From: Candidatus Uhrbacteria bacterium
GTDB lineage: Bacteria; Patescibacteriota; Patescibacteriia; UBA9934
Assembly: GCA_003453595.1 (NCBI GenBank)
Contig: DMOG01000011.1
Span: 1-49,834, forward strand
Direction of reading: 5' to 3'
DNA: 49,834 nucleotides
In this document: piece by piece, positions 38,849 through 48,730 of the stretch
Numbering within the stretch: position 1 is the first letter of the stretch
Layout: each line of letters begins with the position of its first letter
The notes under the pieces: generated by a model
Seen by the model: the letters and a program-made list of their open reading frames with translations, nothing else
The model's database searches: none
Told to the model about the DNA's origin: nothing
Made by a program: the position numbers and the translations under genes

Positions 38849-40075
38849 TTATTCTGTCACCTCTGTTGTTTCTTTATTTTCCACCTCGACGCTAGGAGTG
38901 GTCTTTTTAGTATCATCAATAACTTCTTCAACCTTCTTAACCTCTTCAACAACCTCTTTCTTTTTCTCACTGATCGCCTTTAATGAAAGTCCAAGTCTGT
39001 GTTCTTTTGGCTCAATGGATACGATTTTGAATTTCATCACCTCACCTGATTTTGCAACTTTTGATGGATGATCGATTTGTTCGTCAGAAAGTTCAGAAAC
39101 ATGGGCAAGTCCGTGGATATCTTGATCAAGCTCAACGAAAAGTCCAAATGGATTGCTCTTTAGTACTGTTCCTTCGACAATGTCTCCGATCTTGTATTTG
39201 TTTTCAACATCAACCCATGGATCGCTTTTTAGCTTCTTCATGGAAAGGAAGATTTTACTGCCATCAATTCCAATTATCTCCGCTTTAACTGTTTGACCAG
39301 TTTTCAAAAGATCCTTTGGATGATCAATTCGTTGCCAAGCGATTTCTGAGATGTGAACTAATCCCTCAAGAGCGCCGGCTGGGTCAGTAACTCCTTTTGG
39401 TAAGAATTTAACAAAAGCACCAAAGTCAGCTAGAGCTGTGATATCACCTTCAATAATGTCGCCAATAGCAATCTTTGAAATAACATTCTTTTGTTCATCT
39501 TCCCAAATTGTTTTTTCAGAAACAATAAGTTTTTCTTCTTCTGTATTTAGGTCAAGAATATGAACTCGTACTTTGTTGCCAATAAAGTCTTTTAGTTTTT
39601 CTAAAATCTTTACCTTGTCTCCACCACTGACGCGTGGATAGTTTTCTGGAGCAAGTTGTGAAACTGGAAGGAAACCAGTGATGTGATTGAGCTTAACAAT
39701 AAGTCCACCTTTGTTAGCGTCGGTAACCTTAACTTCCACAACTTCATTTTTCTGAAATTGTTCTTTAAGATCTTCCCAAGATTTCTTATTACCAGCGAAA
39801 CGGAATGAAAGTTCCATTTCTCCATTTTCGTTTTCCAAGTCAATTACTGTTGCCTCAACTTTGTCACCTTTTTTTAGACCAGAGAAGGCATCACCTTCAC
39901 TAAAAAGCTCGCGTCCGCGAACAACTCCAGTGGTGATTCCATTAACATCTAATCGCACCTCTCGTCCTTTTATAGAAATAACGGTGGCAGTAATAAGCGC
40001 ACCGAGTTCAGGGATGTTGAGATACTGATCGTTTTCTAATAGCTCAGAAAGCTGTTGTGTATTTGTATCTGTCAT
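38849..40075 (-). CDS. rpsA: 30S ribosomal protein S1, four S1 domains
   Basis: NKGGLIV..GFLPVSQL, DFGAFV..EGLVHISEIAW, PFGLFVEL..HGLAHVSEL; promoter TTGACC-17-TACACT at 40143-40171. Confidence 0.93.
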   Translation of the reverse strand: MTDTNTQQLSELLENDQYLNIPELGALITATVISIKGREVRLDVNGITTGVVRGRELFSEGDAFSGLKKGDKVEATVIDLENENGEMELSFRFAGNKKSWEDLKEQFQKNEVVEVKVTDANKGGLIVKLNHITGFLPVSQLAPENYPRVSGGDKVKILEKLKDFIGNKVRVHILDLNTEEEKLIVSEKTIWEDEQKNVISKIAIGDIIEGDITALADFGAFVKFLPKGVTDPAGALEGLVHISEIAWQRIDHPKDLLKTGQTVKAEIIGIDGSKIFLSMKKLKSDPWVDVENKYKIGDIVEGTVLKSNPFGLFVELDQDIHGLAHVSELSDEQIDHPSKVAKSGEVMKFKIVSIEPKEHRLGLSLKAISEKKKEVVEEVKKVEEVIDDTKKTTPSVEVENKETTEVTE

Positions 40076-40256
40076 AAATTTTGCCTGACGCTGACGCTAT
40101 AATAGCGCGAGCTTCAGGAATTAAGAATTAAGTAACGCGAGAAGTGTAGCGCGGAGTGGGGAAAAGGTCAATGGGAGATTGACTTTCCACCCTTTTTTGC
40201 TAAAGTCCCACATGTCCCCAAGCGCATTTCCGCGCATAGCCTGTAAGGAGGTTGGG

Positions 40257-41147
40257 ATGTCCTTTTCAAGTCAGTGTACAGTCGTGCTCGCGGATTCCTA
40301 TGAGCAGTTTCTGGGGATAATGAAAGAGTCGTCAGATACCGATCAGGTTCTGGTCCTGCGCGGTGACGCTGTGTCGCCGCAGTACTTCGGCGTGATCATC
40401 AGGGAAGCGAAGGGTATTGTGTCAGACATGGATGGCACAATTTGGCCTGGCAGTGGCTGGGCTTATGCCCGCGAGCACTGGCAGCTTACTGAAGATAGAC
40501 GGCAAGAAAGCATTGAGGCCGATGCTTATTTTGCCAATAGTTACAACACGCAGAAAGCGCAGATCAAATTCGCCTTGGACCCAGTCGTGCGTATGGCACG
40601 TTTTGGGCTTACGCGCGACATGATTCATCAGGCTGCAAGGCAGTGGCCGGTGCGTGAAGGAATTCCGGAGCTTTTTGCATGCTTTAAACCACATGAGATC
40701 GCGGTCAATTCCTACGGGCTATTTGATCCGATCCGTGCATTGTTCATTGAATCAATGCGCTACAATCCCAACGCGTTGCCTGCTATTTATGCTTTGCGCA
40801 TGCTTTGGGATCAAGACGGTCGCTTGATCGGGTCAGACAGGACCACGGTCGTGACTGATCTGATGAAGTCAGCCGTTCTTGCGATGCACGCAGCGCAACT
40901 TGGTGTCGAGGCATGTGATCTCATTGCGATTGGTGATTCGCCATCTGATGATTTCATCCGGCACGGCATTGGCATCGCTGTCGTTCCGCGGGAGAAGCGT
41001 GAAAATTTCATGTCTGACCTTGAGGGTGGCAAGCGAGAGTCCCATCGCCTGCGTGGTCTGCAGAAGATGTGGGAAATGTCATGTGCGGTCGCGCTTGGGT
41101 CATTGATGCCCATCGCGCAGATCCGCTGTGGCGTGATCACGCTCTAG
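40257..41147 (+). CDS. HAD-superfamily hydrolase (phosphoserine-phosphatase-like), GC-richer than flanks
   Basis: Motif I VSDMDGT, motif IV AIGDSPSD; AAGGAGG SD; TTGACT-16-TAAAGT at 40179-40206. Confidence 0.75.
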   Translation: MSFSSQCTVVLADSYEQFLGIMKESSDTDQVLVLRGDAVSPQYFGVIIREAKGIVSDMDGTIWPGSGWAYAREHWQLTEDRRQESIEADAYFANSYNTQKAQIKFALDPVVRMARFGLTRDMIHQAARQWPVREGIPELFACFKPHEIAVNSYGLFDPIRALFIESMRYNPNALPAIYALRMLWDQDGRLIGSDRTTVVTDLMKSAVLAMHAAQLGVEACDLIAIGDSPSDDFIRHGIGIAVVPREKRENFMSDLEGGKRESHRLRGLQKMWEMSCAVALGSLMPIAQIRCGVITL

Positions 41148-41166
41148 CTCTAAGATTCAGTTTTCG

Positions 41167-41194
41167 GAGATCGGATCTCTGGAGATCCGATCTC
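41167..41194. repeat. Palindrome GAGATCGGATCTC-TG-GAGATCCGATCTC
   Basis: One arm also occurs at 29709-29721. Confidence 0.7.
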
Positions 41195-41299
41195 GCCGAG
41201 AATCTCGTCCCCGTCCGCTCGTCAGAGTTGCGACGGGGTTTGTGCTTCATTCTACCTCCTACTTTAAACTTTAAACTTTTTACTTTATACTACAACCAT

Positions 41300-41980
41300 A
41301 TGACCCACCCACATCAATCCTATTTGGATGAGTTCAAGATCTCTATGGATAAACTTGTGCCATTGACTCCGCCGGAGATCGCAGAGGAGGCTTTAAAAAT
41401 ACATAAAGAGCTTTCTGAGGATATTAATGCCACCGAACAACAAATTCATCAGGCACTTTCGTTGATTGGACGAAAAGAATTTCCATATCGTAAGGCATAT
41501 AACGAGCTTTGTGCCGGGGACGAGGAGCAAAGGTTGCAACAGTTGGTAATGGAACGCATTGATGAAGATGTAAAAAAGAAATTGCAGGATGTCACTCGGC
41601 ATGGAGTTATGTTGGATGATTATGTTGCCAGTTCAATGTTTGAAGATCAGCTTAATCCACAAGAGCGTTTGCAAATTGAGCAAGCAATTTTGCTAGCTGA
41701 AGAAACATTGGATCATCAATGCGATGAGCGTGCTCACAAGCGTCAGGCACAATACGAAGAATTGGTTGATCGATGGACAAAAGAAGCAACTCGCTTGCAA
41801 TCTTTAATAAATAATTTGCGAGCCATGGGAGATGAGGATCCAAAATGGAAAGGGGAAGTAAATAGTGTGTGCGATCGACTAGAGGAAGGATGGTCAATTG
41901 TTGAACGCGATCCTTCAGAAGAGGAAGTTAAAAAAGAACTAGAATATTGGAATACGGTTTTGCATGAGACAGAGGAATAG
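41300..41980 (+). CDS. Hypothetical acidic alpha-helical protein, 226 aa
   Basis: TATACT 8 nt before ATG 41300; host-like codon usage. Confidence 0.75.
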   Translation: MTHPHQSYLDEFKISMDKLVPLTPPEIAEEALKIHKELSEDINATEQQIHQALSLIGRKEFPYRKAYNELCAGDEEQRLQQLVMERIDEDVKKKLQDVTRHGVMLDDYVASSMFEDQLNPQERLQIEQAILLAEETLDHQCDERAHKRQAQYEELVDRWTKEATRLQSLINNLRAMGDEDPKWKGEVNSVCDRLEEGWSIVERDPSEEEVKKELEYWNTVLHETEE

Positions 41981-42058
41981 GGGGTGGTAGAAATGGGGGT
42001 GGTAGAAAGTTAAAAGTTTAAAGTATAAGAAACCAGCACTGTTGTGCTGGTTTTTTTT

Positions 42059-43249
42059 CTAGATTTCTCTGATGAGAAATTCTTCTATTATGTTTTCATC
42101 AATGGTAAGTATTTCTGATTTAGTGCCTTCTTTTGTTTTTATGCGCCGACTGACTAGTAGCGGATTTTTTGATTCTTCATTTGTTTCTATATTCTGTGGT
42201 TCTGGAATAGAGATCACGCATTCGCCGTATGAAGTTGGAATATGAAGTTGTTTATTACCATCATATTCACGAATCGCAACCTGCGAAATGGTTTGTAACA
42301 AGATTGCCTTTAAGCGTTCAAGTTTAGCGTTGTTTATGTCTTGCGCCTGCTCGCGTTTTTTTTCTAGAAAAGCATGAACAGGCATTCCATCGCGCAAATG
42401 GAATAAATCTGAAATTTCTTTTGGATTAAACAGTGGAACATCTGGATAGTATTGAATAATGGTATCTGCCATGTCAGATTTCCTATAGAACGGATCTGCG
42501 CGGAGTTCTTCAATCGGTCTACCTAAGAAATGGTGTTCTATATAAAAAAGCCAGTATGAATTTCGTAAAAGGATATTTTGATCCACTGCTCGTTGGCTAT
42601 CTAATGACACTACATAATTTGTGTCAAAAAGTCTGAAAATTGGTTTGTCATTCTTCATTTCAACAGCCAAATTTCACAAGTGCGTTATGTCAGGCATCGC
42701 ATTGGAGAATTCAGGATCTACTGGGTCTTGAGCCTCGGCCATTTGCTTTGTGATTTGGATGAAAGTATCGATTTGTGCACGCAGTTCTTTTTGTTGTTCT
42801 GGATCCAGTTGATTGATATTGAATTGATGTAGTTTTTTGTAATCATTCATTTTCTCTTGCACGGAAATAATTTCACCGGCAGGGTGACCTTCGATTGGAG
42901 GCAGGGTGATAATTTTTTCTTTTGGTATTAAATCAGGCAGTTCTGATGAGTAAGAACGATATAGATGATCACGCTCGCGTCTTAGATAACTTGCCACTTC
43001 TTTTGTAAATTTTGGATCTTGATTGCTTGAGTATTCTGGAAATATAAGGTGGCGTCGTAATTTTTTAGCTAATAGGTCATTGCGAACTTCACCGGTTTTT
43101 CTATCTGTATACCTAAACACAGTCCAAAACGAACCTTTGTCGATTGCTGTAATTTCTCGCTCTTTTCTTTTCGCATCGTTATTTTGTTGAGTATCTTTTG
43201 ATGCGCCCCGAGCTTCAGTTGATTGATCTTGTTTAAATGGGTTCCACAT
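42059..43249 (-). pseudogene. Kinase-like gene interrupted by one in-frame TGA (42674-42676), or two adjacent ORFs
   Basis: ORFs 42674-43249 and 42059-42670 are in the same frame: ...MPDITHL*NLAV...RLFDTN; N-terminal IDKGSFWTVF...LLAKK. Confidence 0.55.
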
Positions 43250-43433
43250 ATTAGTAAAAGTGTATCAAAAAATTGTCCAATGGCACAGTTTTTGCAGTTC
43301 TTATAACTCTTGCAACCTTCTTAAACCTTGCGACCCTTGCGACTCTTTAAACCCTTCCAACCTCTTTTTACCTCTGTTCATTTCTTTGATTCCGTGCTAC
43401 AATTTTAACGCTAAAACGCTTATTTTTTCATTT

Positions 43434-44081
43434 ATGAACATTAGCTGGAACGGGTTTGGTAGCTTTACAATTGCTGGAAAACCAATTGATGGAGAAGTTA
43501 CTTTGGTGACAGATCCATATCAAAATACAACCGGGCTGCGTTTTCCTCGCACTCTTAAAGCATCTATTGTGGCGCAATCTCATGCTGGAGATTACGCTAA
43601 CAACATTACTTCTATTAGTGCAGAAGGGGATAAGCGAGTTTTTCTTGTTTCACATGCTGGTGAATATGAAGTCGGTGGTATCGCTGTACAGGGAATTACT
43701 GCTTTAAAAAAGGACGGAACAGAGCATACTATTTTTAAAATAATGATTGAGGATGTGAAGATCGCTTTTTTGGGAGCCCTTGATCGTGAGCTTACTGAAA
43801 AAGAGGTTGAAGCGCTGGGAAATATTGATGTGCTCATTATCCCTATTGGTGGAAAAAGCGTTATGAACGCAAGTACTGCCACAGAAGTTGTTTCTCAAAT
43901 TGAACCTCGCATTGTTATCCCATCTTTTGCGCATATTGCTGATATTAAAGAAGCTTTTGCTGACATAGGTCCATTCTGTAAGGAGATTGGTTGTGTGGCT
44001 GAAGAAGTAAATAAAGCAAAAATTACAAAAAGTAGTTTGCCAGATGAAGAAATGCAGGTTCTTATTTTGTCTAGATCATAG
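43434..44081 (+). CDS. MBL-fold hydrolase-like protein (metal motif degenerate)
   Basis: ISWNGFGSF, LVTDPY, AGEYEVGGI, IDVLIIPIGG, IEPRIVIP; SHAGDY replaces HxHxDH. Confidence 0.85.
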   Translation: MNISWNGFGSFTIAGKPIDGEVTLVTDPYQNTTGLRFPRTLKASIVAQSHAGDYANNITSISAEGDKRVFLVSHAGEYEVGGIAVQGITALKKDGTEHTIFKIMIEDVKIAFLGALDRELTEKEVEALGNIDVLIIPIGGKSVMNASTATEVVSQIEPRIVIPSFAHIADIKEAFADIGPFCKEIGCVAEEVNKAKITKSSLPDEEMQVLILSRS

Positions 44082-44083
44082 AT

Positions 44084-44488
44084 ATGCAAGTTCGTGTGCC
44101 CAACAAGAAAAAACAAAGGATAATAATAGCGTCAACAGTGGTTGGAGTTTTATTAGTGACTGTAATTTGGGGATTTCAAATTCACACTCTTTTTACAACT
44201 GGTCTAGCCAAAGAGGTAAGTGAAACTCAAGATGAAGCTTCAGATACTATTAAAGAACTTGATGATTTTCGAGTGCAAGTGGAACAACAGATGCCAATGA
44301 TTACCACATCAATAAGTGAAATAACTGAAATGTTTAAGTCGCAAATGGAGCAACAGCAGGCTCAAGAACAAGCACAGCTAGAGGCAGAACAGCAGTTGGA
44401 AGGAGAGGCAGTAAACTCAGTTGTCGCTGAAGCATTGGAGAGAATAAATGAACAAAATCCCCAAGAAGATCAAGAACCAATTGAATAA
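44084..44488 (+). CDS. Hypothetical single-TM coiled-coil protein
   Basis: TM helix followed by Q/E-rich helix; co-transcribed with gyrA. Confidence 0.7.
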   Translation: MQVRVPNKKKQRIIIASTVVGVLLVTVIWGFQIHTLFTTGLAKEVSETQDEASDTIKELDDFRVQVEQQMPMITTSISEITEMFKSQMEQQQAQEQAQLEAEQQLEGEAVNSVVAEALERINEQNPQEDQEPIE

Positions 44489-44493
44489 TATCT

Positions 44494-47001
44494 ATGGCCA
44501 AGAAACAAGAAAGACAAAATGAATTTCAGCAACAGGAATCAACAGATGAAAAGCATTTGCAATTAATCCCGCAAGGGATTACAGAGGAAATGAAGCGTTG
44601 TTATTTGGATTATGCCATGTCAGTTATTGTTTCCCGAGCATTGCCTGATGTTCGTGATGGTTTAAAACCAGTACAGCGTAGGATTTTGTATGCCATGTGG
44701 ACTATTGGACTTCGAGCTAATGCTAAGTTTCGAAAATCAGCCAATGTTGTCGGAGAAGTGATGGCAAAATATCACCCTCATGGTGATTCTTCTATTTACG
44801 AAACAATGGTGCGCATGGCTCAGGATTTTTCATTCTTGCATCCTCTTGTGCGTGGTCAAGGAAACTTTGGTTCCATGGACGGCGATTCAGCTGCTGCTAT
44901 GCGTTACACAGAGGCAAAGTTAGAAACTGTTGCTGAAGAAATGCTCACAGATATTGAAAAAGATACTGTTGATTTTCGACCAAACTATGATGGTTCGCAC
45001 AGAGAGCCAAGTGTGTTGCCAGCAAAACTTCCTAACCTATTAATCAACGGTACGCTTGGTATTGCGGTGGGAATGGCAACAAATATTCCACCACACAACC
45101 TCAGAGAAGTTGGTAGTGCAATTTTAACCTTAATTGATAATCCAAACGCTACTCTTGATAATTTATTGGAGCATATCCAAGGACCAGACTTTCCAACTGG
45201 AGCTATGGTTTATGGAGCAAAGGATATTCGCGCCGCATACGCGACCGGCAGGGGAGGTATTGTGGTGCGGGCAAAAGCTGAGATTGTTGAAAATAGCAAA
45301 GGCGCCCACGCGATTATTGTGACAGAGGTTCCATACATGACTAACAAAGCCACGCTTTTGGAGAAAATCGCGCAATTAGTTCGTGAGAAAAAGCTGGAGG
45401 GAATTAAGGATTTACGAGACGAATCAAATAAAGACGGTGTGCGAGTTGTGATCGAGCTTAAAAAAGATGCTTATCCAAGAAAGGTATTAAATCGTTTATT
45501 CCAAGTAACACCATTGCAAACAACTTTTCATTATAATGTTGTTGCCTTGGTAGAAAATGGAATGCAGCCAAGAACTCTTGGTCTAAAATCGCTTTTGGAA
45601 GAGTTTTTAAAGCATAGAGAAGATGTTGTTCGTCGACGCACTGAGTTTGATTTAGCCAGAGCGCAGGATCGGGCTCATATTTTGGAGGGATTGCGTATTG
45701 CTTTGCAAAAAATCGATCAAGTAATTGATACTATTAAAAAATCAAAAGATAAGGATGTTGCGCGTGAGAATTTAATGAAGAAGTTTAAGATGACTGAGCG
45801 CCAAGCTGTTGCCATTTTGGAAATGCGTTTGCAAAGTTTAGCAAATCTTGAGCAACTAAAGATTGAGCAAGAATATAAAGAGAAGATGGCACTTATTAAA
45901 GAGCTTGAGTTGATTCTCAAGTCTCGAAAAAAGATGCTAGCTGTTATTCGCAAGGAAACTGAAGATCTTATCGCAAAACACGGTGAAGATCGAAGAACGA
46001 AAATTGTTAAAGCTGGACTAAAGGAGTTTTCAATGGAAGATGTTATTCCCGATGAGCAGACAATTGTGATGTTCACAAAAGACGGATATATCAAGCGTGT
46101 GCTCCCAGATACATTCAAGTTGCAATCTCGTGGAGGTAAAGGTGTGCTTGGACTTTCCACAAAAGAAGAGGACATGGTTGAATCTATTTTTACAACCACA
46201 ACTCATAAGGACATCATGTTCTTTACTTCCAGTGGGCGTGTCTTTAAGCTAAAGGTTTACGAAATTCCAGAAGCTTCACGAACATCAAAGGGTCAGGCGA
46301 TTGTCAACTTTTTGCAACTTGCGCCTGGTGAAACAGTGACAGCCACCATGGAGCCATCAGAACTTGAGTCTGCAAAATATATTGTCATGGTTACATCAAA
46401 GGGAACCATTAAAAAGACTGACATGAAGGATTTTGAAAATGTGCGTCGATCAGGTTTAATAGCAATTAAACTAAAGAACGGAGACACATTAGAATGGGTG
46501 AAAACATCGTCAGGAAAAGATGACATCATTTTAACAACCTCAAACGGAATGGCGATTCGATTTAGTGAAAAGAATTTGCGATCAATGGGTCGAGTAGCGT
46601 CAGGGGTTCGTGGCTTAAAGCTTAAGGGAGAAGATAAAGTGGTAGGAATGGAAATAATTGATGATGGAAAAGACAATGATTGTCAGCTTATGGTTATTAT
46701 GCAAAATGGATATGGTAAGCGAACAGCTTTGCGTGAGTATAAGAAGCAGGGCAGGGGTGGAATGGGAATCAGAACCGCCAAGATAACAAGTAAAACTGGA
46801 AACATTGTTTCTGCTCGACTGGCATTCAAAAAAGATCCGCGTGATTTGCTCGTAATCTCAGAAGACGGACAAGTAATCCGCATGGCAATTGATTCTATCT
46901 CCTCACTTAGTCGTGCTACCCAAGGAGTACGCGTAATGCGCTTTAAGAAATCAGATGACAAAGTGATCAGTGTGGCGGTTTTAGAGGAGGGGAAGAAGTA
47001 G
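44494..47001 (+). CDS. gyrA: DNA gyrase subunit A
   Basis: [36 protein letters not shown], GyrA-box QSRGGKG, C-terminal pinwheel repeats. Confidence 0.98.
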   Translation: MAKKQERQNEFQQQESTDEKHLQLIPQGITEEMKRCYLDYAMSVIVSRALPDVRDGLKPVQRRILYAMWTIGLRANAKFRKSANVVGEVMAKYHPHGDSSIYETMVRMAQDFSFLHPLVRGQGNFGSMDGDSAAAMRYTEAKLETVAEEMLTDIEKDTVDFRPNYDGSHREPSVLPAKLPNLLINGTLGIAVGMATNIPPHNLREVGSAILTLIDNPNATLDNLLEHIQGPDFPTGAMVYGAKDIRAAYATGRGGIVVRAKAEIVENSKGAHAIIVTEVPYMTNKATLLEKIAQLVREKKLEGIKDLRDESNKDGVRVVIELKKDAYPRKVLNRLFQVTPLQTTFHYNVVALVENGMQPRTLGLKSLLEEFLKHREDVVRRRTEFDLARAQDRAHILEGLRIALQKIDQVIDTIKKSKDKDVARENLMKKFKMTERQAVAILEMRLQSLANLEQLKIEQEYKEKMALIKELELILKSRKKMLAVIRKETEDLIAKHGEDRRTKIVKAGLKEFSMEDVIPDEQTIVMFTKDGYIKRVLPDTFKLQSRGGKGVLGLSTKEEDMVESIFTTTTHKDIMFFTSSGRVFKLKVYEIPEASRTSKGQAIVNFLQLAPGETVTATMEPSELESAKYIVMVTSKGTIKKTDMKDFENVRRSGLIAIKLKNGDTLEWVKTSSGKDDIILTTSNGMAIRFSEKNLRSMGRVASGVRGLKLKGEDKVVGMEIIDDGKDNDCQLMVIMQNGYGKRTALREYKKQGRGGMGIRTAKITSKTGNIVSARLAFKKDPRDLLVISEDGQVIRMAIDSISSLSRATQGVRVMRFKKSDDKVISVAVLEEGKK

Positions 47002-47075
47002 AAAATAGAAAATGTGAGGTAGAGGTTATAAAGGAGGTTGTCAAATAAGAGGATACAGATTTTTAAGAAAAATCC

Positions 47076-47113
47076 GCGAATGTCCCGATCAGGACATTCG
47101 CGGTTATTTTTTT
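47076..47113 (+). terminator. gyrA terminator
   Basis: CCGCGAATGTCC CGATCA GGACATTCGCGG followed by TTATTTTTTT. Confidence 0.8.
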
Positions 47114-47148
47114 GAAGATTTATAGTCCCATCTACCCTTTCACCTCTA

Positions 47149-47177
47149 TTGACACCAACCACAAAAAAGACTATTAT
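47149..47177 (+). promoter_or_regulatory. sigma70 promoter of the GC-rich orphan
   Basis: TTGACA-17-TATTAT. Confidence 0.8.
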
Positions 47178-47231
47178 CTCCCAGCGTTTCCGCATGTCGC
47201 GGACCGCACAACAACCAGAAGAAGAGGTAAA

Positions 47232-47775
47232 CGTGCCCCCACGTTTTGTCATCAAGGTCGAAGTGTGCGCGAGCAAGCTCGCGATGCAGTCCGTCTCCAC
47301 CCTCGTCAGGGACAAGTTCGTTGAGGTCATGCTCAACGGAGACGAGCTCGACACGGACATCCACCTAGGCGTCCTCCTGATCGAGGACGAGAGCGACCTG
47401 GTGGAGGTCGAGGTCCGCGAGCCCCGGGGCGAACCGCCCCTCACACGGGTGGTGATTACCCAGAACGACCCCATCCGCGACCACTGGATCGTCGGTCGCA
47501 CCGGTATGGCCGAGAACCCGCTCGAGCTCCGGCTCGCGAGCGAGATCGCCAAGGCCATGGCCTGGCATTATGATCAGATCTGGGGCGCGGGCCAGGTCCG
47601 CTTCGCCAACAACTTCCAGCGCTCCCGCGCCGGCGACCCTACCCGCAGGGAGACCACCAAAGTGTGGAAGCCGGCGGAAGTGTCCGACCAGGCGCCTGAC
47701 GCCGGCGTGCTGTCGATGCCCAAAAACCTCCGTGGGCGAACATTCCTCACGGATACGAGCCACCTGCGCGTCTAG
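47232..47775 (+). CDS. GC-rich orphan, about 180 aa
   Basis: GAGGT SD before a GTG start near 47232 (ATG near 47194 is an alternative), high GC3, hairpin CCCCGCC/GGCGGGG downstream. Confidence 0.7.
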
Positions 47776-47837
47776 CGCAAGTAGGTTCAGAACAACTGTC
47801 GTCCCCGCCCCAGCCCTCGCGCTGTGGCGGGGTTGCT

Positions 47838-47868
47838 GTTAAAACCGCATACAGTTAAAACCGCATAC
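47838..47868. repeat. 15-bp direct repeat GTTAAAACCGCATAC x2
   Basis: Copies at 47838-47852 and 47854-47868, abutting the -35 box of the rpmF promoter. Confidence 0.8.
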
Positions 47869-47897
47869 TTGACTAAAACCCACTAATCTTATACACT
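47869..47897 (+). promoter_or_regulatory. Promoter of rpmF-nusB-rnc
   Basis: TTGACT-17-TACACT. Confidence 0.7.
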
Positions 47898-47937
47898 TTC
47901 TGCGTTAAATAGATCACATTTCCATAAAAGTAATTCT

Positions 47938-48177
47938 ATGCCAGTACCAGCATTCCGCAATTCACGCACACGCGTTCGAAAGCGACGATCACATCATGCT
48001 CTTAAAAAAACAGATATTTCTGTTTGTTCAAATTGCAAAGCAGATGTTTTGCCACATATTGCTTGTAAAGCCTGTGGACAATATCGAGGCCGACAAGTTT
48101 TAGGAGGCATGGAAGAAGTTGAAAAAAAACTCGAAAAAAGAGTTGCAAAAAAGAAAAAGTCTGAAGAAGACAGATAA
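47938..48177 (+). CDS. rpmF: 50S ribosomal protein L32
   Basis: MPVPAFRNSRTRVRKRRSH...CSNC...PHIACKACGQYRGRQV. Confidence 0.96.
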   Translation: MPVPAFRNSRTRVRKRRSHHALKKTDISVCSNCKADVLPHIACKACGQYRGRQVLGGMEEVEKKLEKRVAKKKKSEEDR

Positions 48178-48244
48178 AAAGAAAAGACAGGCCTCTGGCC
48201 TGTCTTTTGTATTCTAGGTATACTAGAGTGGCTTATAAAAATAT

Positions 48245-48718
48245 ATGTCAAATCGCCACCTTTCACGCACCATGGTCATGCAATGTCTTTTTGAATGGGA
48301 TTTTCAAGGTAGGGATTCTTCACGCATCGATGAAGTGGTCGCCTATATCAAAGAAGAGTTTGCACCAAATTTTGATGATGATGGCTATGTATTACGGCAA
48401 ACCCATGCAGTAATAGATAGTGTTGATAAGATCGATGAAACATTAGTAACTTTTGCACCAGAGTGGCCAATCGATGAAATGACAAACACAGATCGTAATA
48501 TTTTACGTCTGGGTGTTTATGAATTAAAATTTGACGAAAAGATTCCTGCCAAGGTTGCCATTAATGAAGCTATTGAGTTAGGCAAGGCATTTGGTGGTGA
48601 AGCATCAGGAAAGTTTGTAAATGGAGTTTTAGGAGCAGTTTTTAGAGATATGATTGCCAAAGGCGCAGAAAAGCAGATTGATAAGGAGGAAGAAAAAGAA
48701 AAATCAAACGAAGAATAA
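48245..48718 (+). CDS. nusB: Transcription antitermination factor NusB
   Basis: NRHLSR...Q.LFEWDF, DRNILRLGVYEL, VAINEAIELGK.FGG..SGKFVNGVLG. Confidence 0.96.
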   Translation: MSNRHLSRTMVMQCLFEWDFQGRDSSRIDEVVAYIKEEFAPNFDDDGYVLRQTHAVIDSVDKIDETLVTFAPEWPIDEMTNTDRNILRLGVYELKFDEKIPAKVAINEAIELGKAFGGEASGKFVNGVLGAVFRDMIAKGAEKQIDKEEEKEKSNEE

Positions 48719-48730
48719 ATAGATTAAACT

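Noticed and set aside
42674-42676. Genome-wide UGA recoding (genetic code 25)
   Set aside because: TGA ends intact genes here (322-1512, tsaD, recQ, TrmB regulator) and the long core genes contain no internal TGA.
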